Assembly (NCBI GenBank): GCA_049971295.1
Contig: JBMFLH010000022.1
Coordinates: 1 to 26,429 of the forward strand
From: Candidatus Ratteibacteria bacterium
GTDB lineage: Bacteria > Ratteibacteria > UBA8468 > B48-G9 > DTJG01
Length of the DNA stretch: 26,429 nucleotides
Direction: 5' to 3'
Made by a program: the position numbers and the translations under genes. The notes under the pieces were generated by a model that was given only the letters and a program-made list of their open reading frames with translations, was not told the origin of the DNA and searched no databases. Every line of letters begins with the position of its first letter. The stretch's first letter is position 1. Positions 1 to 8,815 of this stretch are shown here, piece after piece.

Positions 1-35
1 CGAAGCAGGACTGAGGGAAAAAACGCTGGACGGGG

Positions 36-56
36 TTGTCGCCCGTAGGGCGACAA
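36..56. repeat. Perfect 9-bp inverted repeat (TTGTCGCCC-GTA-GGGCGACAA)
   Basis: Read directly: arms 36-44 and 48-56 are exact reverse complements around a 3-nt GTA loop. Confidence 0.85.
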
Positions 57-149
57 TTAAAAGTCAGCGTCAGGATTTTGTTCAAAAAAAGTTCGGATTT
101 TGTCCAAAAGGTACCGCCAATTGGAAAAAGAGGTTGCGGGCTCGTCTTC

Positions 150-239
150 TGCGAGAGTGTTCAAAAGAACACTCCAGCCGATTTTATGCGCAAAATTGCC
201 AGGGTATCGGGTGTTAATATTGAGGAGTTAATAAAATAA
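150..239 (+). pseudogene. Possible C-terminal remnant of an XRE-family helix-turn-helix regulator
   Basis: The tail of ORF 36..239 (KNTPADFMRKIARVSGVNIEELIK*) resembles the XRE-HTH ending (NP..xTLxKIAxALGVxIEELI). The N-terminal part of the ORF does not look like an HTH. Confidence 0.4.
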
Positions 240-245
240 CATTTG

Positions 246-670
246 GACTAAAATAAATTAATTGCGTATAATAATTTTTCCAAGTGAAAATGATAAAACC
301 AATCGCATTAATAAACAGCACCCGGCTAAATGAAATTTGTCATATACTTTATCTTTTTGTTCTTGGGGTTCTGGGTTACAGAATGAGACAGTATATTGAA
401 GTATCTCTTAAGACAATTCACAAGGTATTTACGGTAATACGGCAAGCAATTTATGATGAAGCATCTGATGAACTTAAAGAGGCAAATATTTCTGGCAAGG
501 TAGAGATGGATAAAACGATGTTTGACGGTAGGCATGCTGGTAAACGTGGCTGGGGTGTGTCGGGAAAACAACCGATATTTGGTTTATATCAAACAAATGG
601 GAAGATCTTTTTAATCATAGGACTAAAAATTTGTTTCTCTTGTTTGCCAAATTAATTACAAAATTTAGTC
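246..670 (+). mobile_element. Truncated/internally deleted IS1595-family insertion sequence
   Basis: Contains an IS1595-type transposase fragment. It is bounded by imperfect inverted ends GACTAAAATAAATTAATT (246-263) and AATTAATTACAAAATTTAGTC (650-670). Confidence 0.6.
284..655 (+). pseudogene. IS1595-family (ISXO2-like) DDE transposase fragment
   Basis: SGKVEMDKTMFDGRHAGKRGWGVSGKQPIFGLYQTNGK matches the IS1595 signature (GxVExDETxFGGxxxGKRGxGAxGKxxVFG). Similarity stops after this and the rest of the catalytic domain is missing. Confidence 0.8.
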
Positions 671-819
671 AAAAACTTACTTAATTACATTGTATTTTGG
701 TCCTCACCCTACCCTGCTTTTTATAAGAAAAACATCTCCCCGTTGGAACCCTCTTTCTTGATGGTAGAAGGTGAAACTGGCAGTAGGAAAAAAATCTTGG
801 AGCGTTTTGGGTACTGGAT

Positions 820-1275
820 TTAATCCTTTTTCAAGGTTTCCACGCTTTTTATAAAGTCCTTGATTTTCTCGTAAATTTTGTCCCTTATTTTTCTCATCAA
901 AGCAAGTTTTTCTTCATAACCAGCGCATGGCACATCTGGATTTTTTATGTTCCAGTGCAATTTTTTGCTATTATCAGAAAAAGCGGGACACCTGATATCC
1001 TCAGTTTCATCGCATAAAGTTATGATGTAATCAAATATTCCAGCATGCGGCATAAAATGGAGCAAACTTTTTGGGCTGTTTTTTGAAATGTCTATGCCCT
1101 TTTCAGCCATAACCCTCACTGCCAGCGGATTTAGTTCAATGGCTGGAACAGTTCCTGCGCTGGAAACCTCGAAATCATCTCCAGAGAGATGTTTCAAAAA
1201 TCCCTCTGCAATCTGACTTCTTGCATCGTTTTTTATGCTGATGAAGATCACCCTGATTTTTTTCTTCTGTTTCAC
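820..1275 (-). CDS. arsC: Thioredoxin-coupled arsenate reductase / LMW-PTP family protein with a substituted P-loop nucleophile
   Basis: Motifs RSQIAEG, SAGT, LNPLAVRVMAEKGIDIS, DYIITLC...CP and HW.I.NP...RDKI. The P-loop reads SIKNDAR instead of CxxNxxR. Confidence 0.85.
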   Translation of the reverse strand: MKQKKKIRVIFISIKNDARSQIAEGFLKHLSGDDFEVSSAGTVPAIELNPLAVRVMAEKGIDISKNSPKSLLHFMPHAGIFDYIITLCDETEDIRCPAFSDNSKKLHWNIKNPDVPCAGYEEKLALMRKIRDKIYEKIKDFIKSVETLKKD

Positions 1276-1322
1276 TGGATTTTCCTTTTCTTATATTATA
1301 GAATACCACAAAAAGGAGAAAA

Positions 1323-1625
1323 ATGGTTTTCAGGAAAAATGCACTTGAAAAAATAAAGAAAATCCACGCTCTTTCGTTGTCAATCAACAAGCAAAACCAC
1401 AGAGAAAAACTTCTACATCTTGCAAAAAAACACATCTCCGAAATTGAGCATCTTTATAAAAAACAGAATGCGCACGCTGATATTGAAACAGGAGACCTTG
1501 CTGTATTGTGTTTTGAACTCTTACTTGAAAGCAAAAAAAATCTCGATGAAATTTTGGAGATATGTTTTTCAAGGTATGAGAAAAAGTTAAGTAATATGCT
1601 TACTGAAAGATCTAAGGTTCAGTAA
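1323..1625 (+). CDS. Hypothetical protein, possibly MazG-like all-alpha NTP pyrophosphohydrolase fold
   Basis: AGGAG RBS just upstream. Helical 100-aa protein with ISEIE...IETGDLAVL, resembling the MazG E..E / EExGDL motifs. Confidence 0.55.
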   Translation: MVFRKNALEKIKKIHALSLSINKQNHREKLLHLAKKHISEIEHLYKKQNAHADIETGDLAVLCFELLLESKKNLDEILEICFSRYEKKLSNMLTERSKVQ

Positions 1626-2820
1626 TTTCAGGCAATCTTTCCTTCTTTTCCACCGGGGTCTCTTCAAGAATCACAGGACAAATGAGTCCTGTCAGAAATA
1701 ACATGATACCGCTGAAAACAAAAGTGGACTCAATGGAATATATTGAAGCAATCGCTCCGCCAATCATTGGTCCTATGCCTGCTCCAAGTGACGAAATTCC
1801 GCCAGCAACTCCAAAATTTTTCCCAAGAGACGCCTGTCTTGTGCCAAGATGGATATGCGTGTTAATAGTGGTAATGATGCCGCCTGCTGAAAGTCCAGCC
1901 GCAATTCTTAACAGCATCAATTGGCCGGTTGTTTTGCACAAGGATGTAAGCATCGTCAGTATTCCTGTAATTCCGAGCATAGCAGCAAGAAGAATTCTGT
2001 AGTCTTTTTTTCCTGCAAGGTGTCCTGCGCCAATAGCCGAAAAAACACTCGCAATTCCTGATACTGCGATAATTGAGCCGGCAATCGTTGCAATTTTTTT
2101 TGATTCAGGAGAAATTTTTTGAATAAATATCGCAAGAACTGGCGAAAGAAAGGTTGCAGCGCATTGAAAGAGAAACAGTACTATCAAAAGGAAGAGAATA
2201 TTATTTTTGTTTGTGCTTTCCTGTTCAATATCGTCTTTTTCTCCCTTGGATTTTTCTGGTTCATGTACACCAAATGTAATCATACATCCGGCAATCCCAA
2301 CAAGAATTCCAGAAAAATAAAAGGTATTTCTGTAACCCCATATGTCTGACAGGGCCCCTCCAACAAAAGGTCCAACAGTTGCCGCGATATACGCAGATGT
2401 TTGCATCAATCCAAGACCAAAACCACTTTTTTCCTTTGGAAGTTTGCTTGCCGCAAGAACAATGGCTGCTGTCAATGTTCCAGTGAAAAAACCCTGCAAA
2501 ATTCTTAAAACAAGTAGTTGCTGCACATTTTTCACAAAACTCATTGCCACCAGTATCGCAAAACCAGAAAACATTGCTCTTTCGACCATGATTTTTCTTC
2601 CAAATCTATCAGAAAGTATTCCCCAGAATGGTGAAGAAATAACCAGCATCAATGGTCCGACAGTTTGAAGAAGTCCTGTCCAGAGCGCTGCTTCTCCAAT
2701 GTTTTTTGCGCCAAGTTCCTGCACATAATAAGGAAGAAATGGCAGACAAAAATAAAATCCAATCAGCGAAATTGTTTCGGCTACCCAGATGATGTAAAGG
2801 TGTTTTTTCCAGGCATCCAT
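1612..2820 (-). CDS. MFS transporter, DHA1 (MdtG/TetA-like) drug:H+ antiporter family
   Basis: WKKHLYIIW, LPFLPYYVQELG, motif A (GILSDRFGRK), LRILQG and GPFVGG; about 12 hydrophobic segments. Confidence 0.9.
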   Translation of the reverse strand: MDAWKKHLYIIWVAETISLIGFYFCLPFLPYYVQELGAKNIGEAALWTGLLQTVGPLMLVISSPFWGILSDRFGRKIMVERAMFSGFAILVAMSFVKNVQQLLVLRILQGFFTGTLTAAIVLAASKLPKEKSGFGLGLMQTSAYIAATVGPFVGGALSDIWGYRNTFYFSGILVGIAGCMITFGVHEPEKSKGEKDDIEQESTNKNNILFLLIVLFLFQCAATFLSPVLAIFIQKISPESKKIATIAGSIIAVSGIASVFSAIGAGHLAGKKDYRILLAAMLGITGILTMLTSLCKTTGQLMLLRIAAGLSAGGIITTINTHIHLGTRQASLGKNFGVAGGISSLGAGIGPMIGGAIASIYSIESTFVFSGIMLFLTGLICPVILEETPVEKKERLPEITEP

Positions 2821-2823
2821 ATT

Positions 2824-3858
2824 TTATTCAAGGAGCGTGTTGATTTCTCCCAGGTACCTTGCGTAAAATGAAATGATAATGGATGCGACATAAAGAGCCA
2901 CAAGAAGATATATCACCACGGGCACAATTTTCAAAATTGCTTCCACTGCTAGATTAACTTCATTTTGAAGATGCCACGCTGCCCTGTCAAGTGTTTCGTC
3001 GAGTCGTCCGCTTGCCTGGCCTGTTGAAAACATTTCAAGAACAATTGAAGGAAGAAATACATTGTCTGCAAATGCCTCTGTTAAACCTGAACCCCTTTCA
3101 ACCCTTCCAAGTGCTCTGGAAAGTTCCTTTTCAAAAACTTTGTTGCCTGAAGATTCTGCTGCAAGCTTGATTGTTTCAGTGATTGAAACACCTGCAGAGT
3201 AAAGGCAGTTAAATGCGTGCAAAAATCTGATAACAGCAATGTTTTTGAAAAGTCTGCCAAAACCAAGTGGAAGTTTGAAGGCAAGAGTGTCTCTGATCTC
3301 TCTCATTTCTGGTCGTGAAAGCGCCTTGAAGGCAACAAAAATTCCAAATCCAGTTCCATAAATAAGAATAAACATTGGAAGAATCCTCGCGAAGAAAGCA
3401 AAAACTGATTTCGTAAAAAGAAGAGGGATAGCTGGGATAAGAATGGCTGCGTGAAGAAGTATTGCAGGATATATCATTCCTGCGACAAGCCTGTATTTCA
3501 CATCCTGAAGCGACTCAAAATATAAGGCAAGTTTTTCCATCAGTTCCGCAAGATTTCCTGATATTTCTCCTGCTGAAACTGTTTTGATTTCAAGTTGACT
3601 GAATAATTTCTGTTGTTTTTCCATCGCCCGGGAAAGGGTTTCGCCTTTGAGGATACTGGATAACAGGGTTTGTGAAATGTTCTCAATTGCCGAATGCTTT
3701 TTCATCTGACTCAAGGCAGTATTTATTGGAATGCCTGCTTTCAGCATCACAGCCATCTGTCTGTAGAAAAGTGCTTTTTTTTGATGCGCGGTCCAGAATT
3801 GAATAATTGAATGCTTTATTTTCGTGGGCCGAAAATCGCTGTGCCAATCCTGATGCAT
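2824..3858 (-). CDS. pilC: Type II secretion F family / type IV pilus platform protein (PilC/GspF); start uncertain
   Basis: Two T2SSF repeats (LFYRQMAVMLKAGIP...GE.LS.AM...AGEISGNL and SAGVSI...G..L..A...GQASGRLDETL) plus the MIYP TM segment. Confidence 0.85.
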   Translation of the reverse strand: MHQDWHSDFRPTKIKHSIIQFWTAHQKKALFYRQMAVMLKAGIPINTALSQMKKHSAIENISQTLLSSILKGETLSRAMEKQQKLFSQLEIKTVSAGEISGNLAELMEKLALYFESLQDVKYRLVAGMIYPAILLHAAILIPAIPLLFTKSVFAFFARILPMFILIYGTGFGIFVAFKALSRPEMREIRDTLAFKLPLGFGRLFKNIAVIRFLHAFNCLYSAGVSITETIKLAAESSGNKVFEKELSRALGRVERGSGLTEAFADNVFLPSIVLEMFSTGQASGRLDETLDRAAWHLQNEVNLAVEAILKIVPVVIYLLVALYVASIIISFYARYLGEINTLLE

Positions 3859-4460
3859 GTCGCTCCTTCTTCAATGGCAATACGCCAGGAGTCACTCATT
3901 CCCATCGAAAGGATTTTCATTTCAACATTCGGCAGAGACAGGTTTTTCAAATTATCAAAAAGGTTTTTTGTTAATCTGAAATACGGTCTGATATTTTCTG
4001 GATTTTCAACAAAAGGACCCATTGTCATCAGTCCATAAATTTTGATATTGGGCAGATTGGAAATTTCTTTAATCAGTTCTTCGACCTTTTCAGGATATGC
4101 ACCTGACTTCTGGGGTTCTTTTGCGCTGTTAACTTCAATAAGTACACCGAACGCATTTTTTGCAAGCCTTGAAATTTCTCTTGCAAGTTCAAAAGAATCA
4201 ACTGTTTCAATGATATCAAAAATTTGAAGCGCCTTTTTTACCTTGTTTTTTTGAAGATGTCCAATAAGATGCCAGGTGACAATTCTCCCGATTTCATTAA
4301 ATTTTTTCTCTGCCTCCTGAATATAATTTTCGCCAATATGAGTAATTCCGCATTCAATTGCCTGTTTAATTTCTTCCACAGAACGCGTTTTTGTCGCAGC
4401 GACAATCACTACATCCTGTGGAACTTCCTTCATAATTTTTTCAATATTTTCTCTTATCAT
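3816..4460 (-). CDS. yggS: YggS-family pyridoxal phosphate homeostasis protein
   Basis: VAATK, GENYIQE, WHLIGHLQKNK, GLMTM, LSMGMS.S...AIEEGAT.IRIGTAIFG. Confidence 0.97.
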   Translation of the reverse strand: MIRENIEKIMKEVPQDVVIVAATKTRSVEEIKQAIECGITHIGENYIQEAEKKFNEIGRIVTWHLIGHLQKNKVKKALQIFDIIETVDSFELAREISRLAKNAFGVLIEVNSAKEPQKSGAYPEKVEELIKEISNLPNIKIYGLMTMGPFVENPENIRPYFRLTKNLFDNLKNLSLPNVEMKILSMGMSDSWRIAIEEGATCIRIGTAIFGPRK

Positions 4461-5233
4461 ATCTTTTTGCCCCTTCTTTTCATCGTGTCTTTCGTGCTGA
4501 TGGGCTGAACAACTTTTTTATGTGCAGAATAAACTGATACATACGGCAGACTTTCAAAAAATTTCTCCACTTCCTTAAACGATTCCTGTGAAAGTGGCTT
4601 GACAGCGCTATCCCTGAGCGGAGTATTGAGATAAACAATGTCAGGAGAAAGTTTTCTGCAAATTTCTGCAATTTTCTCCATTTCTTTCAGGTTTTCTTCA
4701 ATCGCCATTATCTGAATTGTAAAAAGTCCCTGATAAACTTTCCTGAAATCCGCAAGATGATTGAGAATTGTGTCAAGTGTAATTCTGCAGCATGGACGAT
4801 TAACTTTTTCAAATGTTTTCTGGGTGGCTGCGTCTATTTTGAATGAAACAAGGTCCATCACGCAAAGATCTTTTTTCACAGAAGCATCTGTGATCGTGGT
4901 ACTATTGGTCAAAATGGCACATCTACCCTTTTTTTCATTTTTTATCCAGGTAGCGAGTTTTTTGAAGTCTTTAGCAAGGGTTGGCTCGCCCTTGCCTGAA
5001 AAAGTGTAAAAGTCAATCTCAAGTTCTGGCAGTTGTTTTAATTCCTCTATCACTGCCTCTGCTGGCACATAAACTTTTCTTTCGCATGTAAAAATGCCTG
5101 TCCTTCCTATCTGACAATAAACGCAGTCAAAAGAACAGATTTTTTTCTCCTGCGAAAGCTGGTCGATACCTAACGAAGCTCCTAATCTCCACGAACTGAC
5201 AGGTCCATAAATGTACTTGAATGCTTTTTGCAT
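4457..5233 (-). CDS. Radical SAM protein (Tyw1/Taw1-related Fe-S oxidoreductase family)
   Basis: YIYGPVSSWRLGASLGID, CSFDCVYCQIG (CxxxCxxC) and GKGEPTL. Start moved to ATG at 5233, directly after the sulfatase stop. Confidence 0.88.
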   Translation of the reverse strand: MQKAFKYIYGPVSSWRLGASLGIDQLSQEKKICSFDCVYCQIGRTGIFTCERKVYVPAEAVIEELKQLPELEIDFYTFSGKGEPTLAKDFKKLATWIKNEKKGRCAILTNSTTITDASVKKDLCVMDLVSFKIDAATQKTFEKVNRPCCRITLDTILNHLADFRKVYQGLFTIQIMAIEENLKEMEKIAEICRKLSPDIVYLNTPLRDSAVKPLSQESFKEVEKFFESLPYVSVYSAHKKVVQPISTKDTMKRRGKKI

Positions 5234-5234
5234 T

Positions 5235-6638
5235 TTATTTCCTTGCAGCAAGGTCGCTACAGCCGGGCGCATCCATCTGTTTTTTGGCAAGATCAACAAG
5301 CCACTGTGGAAAACTTCCACCAGCATCTTTTATTGCAATGTTCATCAGTTTTCTTGCAATTTCAGGGTACTGTGAAGCATAATTTTTCTTGAAGGCATCC
5401 TTTCCTTTTCTTTTATAAAGAAGAATGCCTGTCATATCCATCTTGAAATTCAACCACCACTGGTCTGTGATTACTGTTGGATTTGGTCCCCAGCCAACTG
5501 TGACATATTCTCTAATTTGTTGATTTTTTAATGCCTTTTCAAGGAAAACACGACCATCAAGAGGTGGAAGATTTTTCACTTTTGCCGTATGAAGTATCTC
5601 TGCCGCAATATCATGATGCTGTACAAAAACATCGCTTAATTTTCCTTTGTGTTTTGCTCCTGGAAGCCGTATCATCAGAGGTATTTCATAAACCTCAGGC
5701 ATTGAAGGATAGCCGCGTTTACCCATATAAGAACGATCTCCTATGGAATGACCATGGTCAGAAGTAACAATTACGATGCTGTTTTTTAGCAGTCCCATCA
5801 GTTTCATGCTTTCAATAAAAAACCCGAACCACCTGTCGCACATTGTGACTTCACCACTATAATTTGCCTGGGTTCTTTTCAGAAGGTACCTATCAAGTTG
5901 TTGTTCAGAATACCCCGACCTAATTTGTTCAGCGCCATCTTCTTTAAGATACAATTTTCTGTAATAAGGCGGTACTATCCAGGGTTCGTGCGGGTCAAAC
6001 GATTCTACCACAAGGAAAAACTTTTCAGCATCCTGGTTTTGCTGAAGCCACTTTGTTGCTTCGCGAAAGACACGCGGACTAAAAAATTCTTCTTCATTTG
6101 TCCATCTGTCGTGCATGTTCATAATACACTGCTGGATAAACCTTACACTACCTTCTGTCTGCAATTGTTTTGGAAGCCATCTGTCAATCTCTTGTTGAGT
6201 TAATCTTGGCCCTGAACGAGCAGGGTCTGTTTCCTGGCCGCGCAAAAATGTCCACTGATCAAAACCTCTCCAGAAATTCTTTGATGGTTTGAACATGTGG
6301 TAAACATCTGAAATTAGAGCTGTGCGATAGCCGGATTCCCTTAAAATCTCTGCAACTGTTGGTTGGTCTTCTGGTATAGGACCCCATCCTGCTGCACCAA
6401 CAAAATCTCCTTTTAATCTAAAGTCGCCATTGACGAAGGGGTATGTTCTTTTTCCGGTGTAGAGAGCTCTTCTTGCTGGAAGGGTTGGCAGAGATTCAGG
6501 AAAGGCACTTGTAAAAACAATTGATTCCTGAGCAAATGTATCAAGGTGCGGGGTAAAAACTTTACCCCAGAATGGCTTGCCATAAAAACTAATGCAATCC
6601 TTTCTCAAAGAATCAAAGACAACAAGCACAATGTTCAA
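5235..6638 (-). CDS. Sulfatase-like hydrolase (alkaline phosphatase superfamily)
   Basis: NIVLVVFDSLRKD, SLPTLPARRALYTG, FDPHEPW, SDHG and GK. TTG start at 6638 follows an AAGGGG RBS. Confidence 0.88.
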   Translation of the reverse strand: MNIVLVVFDSLRKDCISFYGKPFWGKVFTPHLDTFAQESIVFTSAFPESLPTLPARRALYTGKRTYPFVNGDFRLKGDFVGAAGWGPIPEDQPTVAEILRESGYRTALISDVYHMFKPSKNFWRGFDQWTFLRGQETDPARSGPRLTQQEIDRWLPKQLQTEGSVRFIQQCIMNMHDRWTNEEEFFSPRVFREATKWLQQNQDAEKFFLVVESFDPHEPWIVPPYYRKLYLKEDGAEQIRSGYSEQQLDRYLLKRTQANYSGEVTMCDRWFGFFIESMKLMGLLKNSIVIVTSDHGHSIGDRSYMGKRGYPSMPEVYEIPLMIRLPGAKHKGKLSDVFVQHHDIAAEILHTAKVKNLPPLDGRVFLEKALKNQQIREYVTVGWGPNPTVITDQWWLNFKMDMTGILLYKRKGKDAFKKNYASQYPEIARKLMNIAIKDAGGSFPQWLVDLAKKQMDAPGCSDLAARK

Positions 6639-6884
6639 TTTTACCCCTTTTAGATGAAGGACTTTAGCTCTGATGATGAGAATTTTAACCTGAAAAACAA
6701 AAGATGACAAATCAGTTCATAGTCAATACAGAGAGGCACTGTTTTAGAATAATTTTGACTTTATAGCGAAGCGGCATAAGACAATCCCCTATCATGCGGG
6801 TCTCATTCTATCTTTGAAACAACAACATTTTTTGATTTGAAAAGATAGTGAAAAAGTATATCATATTTTGAAAGAGGAGATGGA

Positions 6885-7913
6885 ATGGAAGAAAAAATAC
6901 AGTGGTTGAGTGTGAAGGAAAATGTGTTTGAAATTAAAGGACTTGCATGGTTTGAGAAGGAAAAAATTTTCAGGCGGCTTCCTGAAAAAAGCCAGTTTCA
7001 AATTCCTCAGGCAGTAGACTATCTTGCCAACAATACTGCTGGCGCTCTCGTAAGATTCAAAACAGACTCACAATCTTTGTGGGTAAAGGTGAATTTAAGA
7101 GAAGTGGTCAATATGATGCACATGCCTGCGACAGGTCATAGTGGGTTTGATTGCTACATTGGAGAACCAAAAAAAGAAACATATTGTAGCACTGCAATTC
7201 CTGTTGCTGGAAGCCAGACATACGAAAGGCAACTTATTAAGTTTGCTGAGAAAAAAATACGACATATTACTCTTTATTTTCCGCTTTATAATGGGGTGAA
7301 TGATGTCTGGGTGGGGATTGATGCGTCTGCAAAAATTACAAGACCCATGCGGCTTCCTGTGAAAGGCAAAATTGTTGTATATGGAACATCAATCACACAG
7401 GGCGGTTGCGCAAGTAGACCCGGCATGGCATACACAAACATTTTAAGTAGATGGCTTGGTGTTGAATTTATCAATTTGGGTTTTTCAGGCAGTGGCAAGG
7501 GAGAGCCAGAACTTGCACATTTGATTTCCATGATAGACGATGTCAGATGCATTATCCTCGACTATCAGGCAAACGCAGGAGTTGAGGGATATATTTCAAC
7601 ATTGCCAGCATTTGTAGAAATTTTGAGGAAAAAATTTCAAAAGATACCGATGATCGTTATTTCAAGGCCTGCGGTTTCTGGATGGTTTTTTGACAAAAAA
7701 GCCAAAAATGACTACATGAAGGGATACAGGTTCCAGGAAAAACTTGTGAAAGAACTCAGGAGAAATGGAGATAAACTGATTTTTTCCTATTGCGGAAGCA
7801 AACTTTTTGCGAAAATGTGGCAGGAATCAACTGTTGATGGTGGCCATCCAACTGACCTGGGTTTCATGACTATGGCACAGGCACTGTATCCGATAATGAA
7901 AAAATTGATTTGA
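6885..7913 (+). CDS. SGNH/GDSL hydrolase with GxDLY-type N-terminal domain
   Basis: VRFKTDS, HMPATGHSGFDCY, FPLYNGV, YGTSITQGGCASRPG, NLGFSGSG and DGGHP.DLGF; GAGGAG RBS. Confidence 0.92.
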   Translation: MEEKIQWLSVKENVFEIKGLAWFEKEKIFRRLPEKSQFQIPQAVDYLANNTAGALVRFKTDSQSLWVKVNLREVVNMMHMPATGHSGFDCYIGEPKKETYCSTAIPVAGSQTYERQLIKFAEKKIRHITLYFPLYNGVNDVWVGIDASAKITRPMRLPVKGKIVVYGTSITQGGCASRPGMAYTNILSRWLGVEFINLGFSGSGKGEPELAHLISMIDDVRCIILDYQANAGVEGYISTLPAFVEILRKKFQKIPMIVISRPAVSGWFFDKKAKNDYMKGYRFQEKLVKELRRNGDKLIFSYCGSKLFAKMWQESTVDGGHPTDLGFMTMAQALYPIMKKLI

Positions 7914-7925
7914 AATGAAAAGGGG

Positions 7926-7943
7926 TTTTCTCTTCAGAGAAAA
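7926..7943 (+). terminator. Short hairpin after the SGNH hydrolase gene (possible terminator)
   Basis: TTTTCTCT-TC-AGAGAAAA inverted repeat 12 nt after the stop. It is AT-rich and lacks a + strand U-tract, so support is weak. Confidence 0.25.
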
Positions 7944-8084
7944 AATAGATTTGTTCAGGGTTTAGATTTCAAAGACCCTCACCTTTATTCTCTCCAACTT
8001 TCTTTTGTTTTTGTGTCTAACGATGGAAGAGGCCGTGGGGCCAGGTTGAAAATAAAGGAAAAACAAATAAAATCCAGTCCAGTG

Positions 8085-8093
8085 TGATATAAT
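8085..8093 (+). promoter_or_regulatory. Extended -10 element (TGATATAAT) upstream of the HAD gene
   Basis: Exact TGnTATAAT match 65 nt before the ATG at 8159. Confidence 0.5.
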
Positions 8094-8158
8094 ATACGGC
8101 ATCAAAATAGTAAAAAAGTGGCACCCATAACATTAAGATAATCAGTTTACGAGGGTAA

Positions 8159-8815
8159 ATGGCTATAAAAGCGGTAATATTTGACCTTGATGGAGTGATT
8201 TTTGATTCTGAAATTTTGCATCAGATTGCCTGGGAACAAATTTTTACTGGCTATGGCATAAAACTCGAACAAAAAGATTATGTCAGCGGAATTGGCATTT
8301 CGGATAAAGATTTTCTTGAAAAATTGAAGATGAACAAGAAAATTCCTGAAAGCATCAACACTGATACATTGATTGCAGAAAAACGAGAAAAACTTCTGCA
8401 ACTATCAAAAAACGGCGCAAAGATGATGCCTGGCGCTGCTGACTTTATCGATGCGATGAGCAGGAATTATGTGCTTGCTGTGGCTTCAAACTCTGACATA
8501 AACTTTATCAGAAACCTGCTTGAAAGGTCAAAGTTAATGCCGTATTTTGCATTTGTTCTTGGTTATCAGGATATATCAAATCCAAAGCCAGCGCCTGATA
8601 TCTATCTGAAATGTGCTGAAAAACTGAAATTACTTCCAGAAGAATGCGCAGTGATTGAGGATTCTCCCGCAGGAATAAAAGCAGCAAAAAACGCTGGCAT
8701 GACCTGCATTGCGATTACATCGTTACTTCCAGAAACAATGCTTTCAGAAGCAGATTTTGTTGTGAAAAGTTTTGACATTGAAAGGATAAAAGATTCTCTC
8801 AACTCAATCCAATGA
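8159..8815 (+). CDS. HAD-superfamily phosphatase (beta-phosphoglucomutase-like, subfamily IA)
   Basis: IFDLDGVIFDSE, VASNS, KPAPDIY, VIEDSPAGIKAAKNAGM. Confidence 0.93.
   Translation: MAIKAVIFDLDGVIFDSEILHQIAWEQIFTGYGIKLEQKDYVSGIGISDKDFLEKLKMNKKIPESINTDTLIAEKREKLLQLSKNGAKMMPGAADFIDAMSRNYVLAVASNSDINFIRNLLERSKLMPYFAFVLGYQDISNPKPAPDIYLKCAEKLKLLPEECAVIEDSPAGIKAAKNAGMTCIAITSLLPETMLSEADFVVKSFDIERIKDSLNSIQ

Noticed and set aside
1682..2871. Antisense/shadow ORFs over the MFS gene, and similar short ORFs opposite other genes throughout the window
   Set aside because: They lie fully within well-supported genes on another frame or strand and show no recognisable motifs.
4457..5233. Radical SAM gene next to the sulfatase as an anaerobic sulfatase-maturating enzyme
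   Set aside because: No C-terminal SPASM Cys motifs, the N-terminal YGPVxSxRLGxSLG signature belongs to a different family, and the sulfatase has Thr at the modifiable site.
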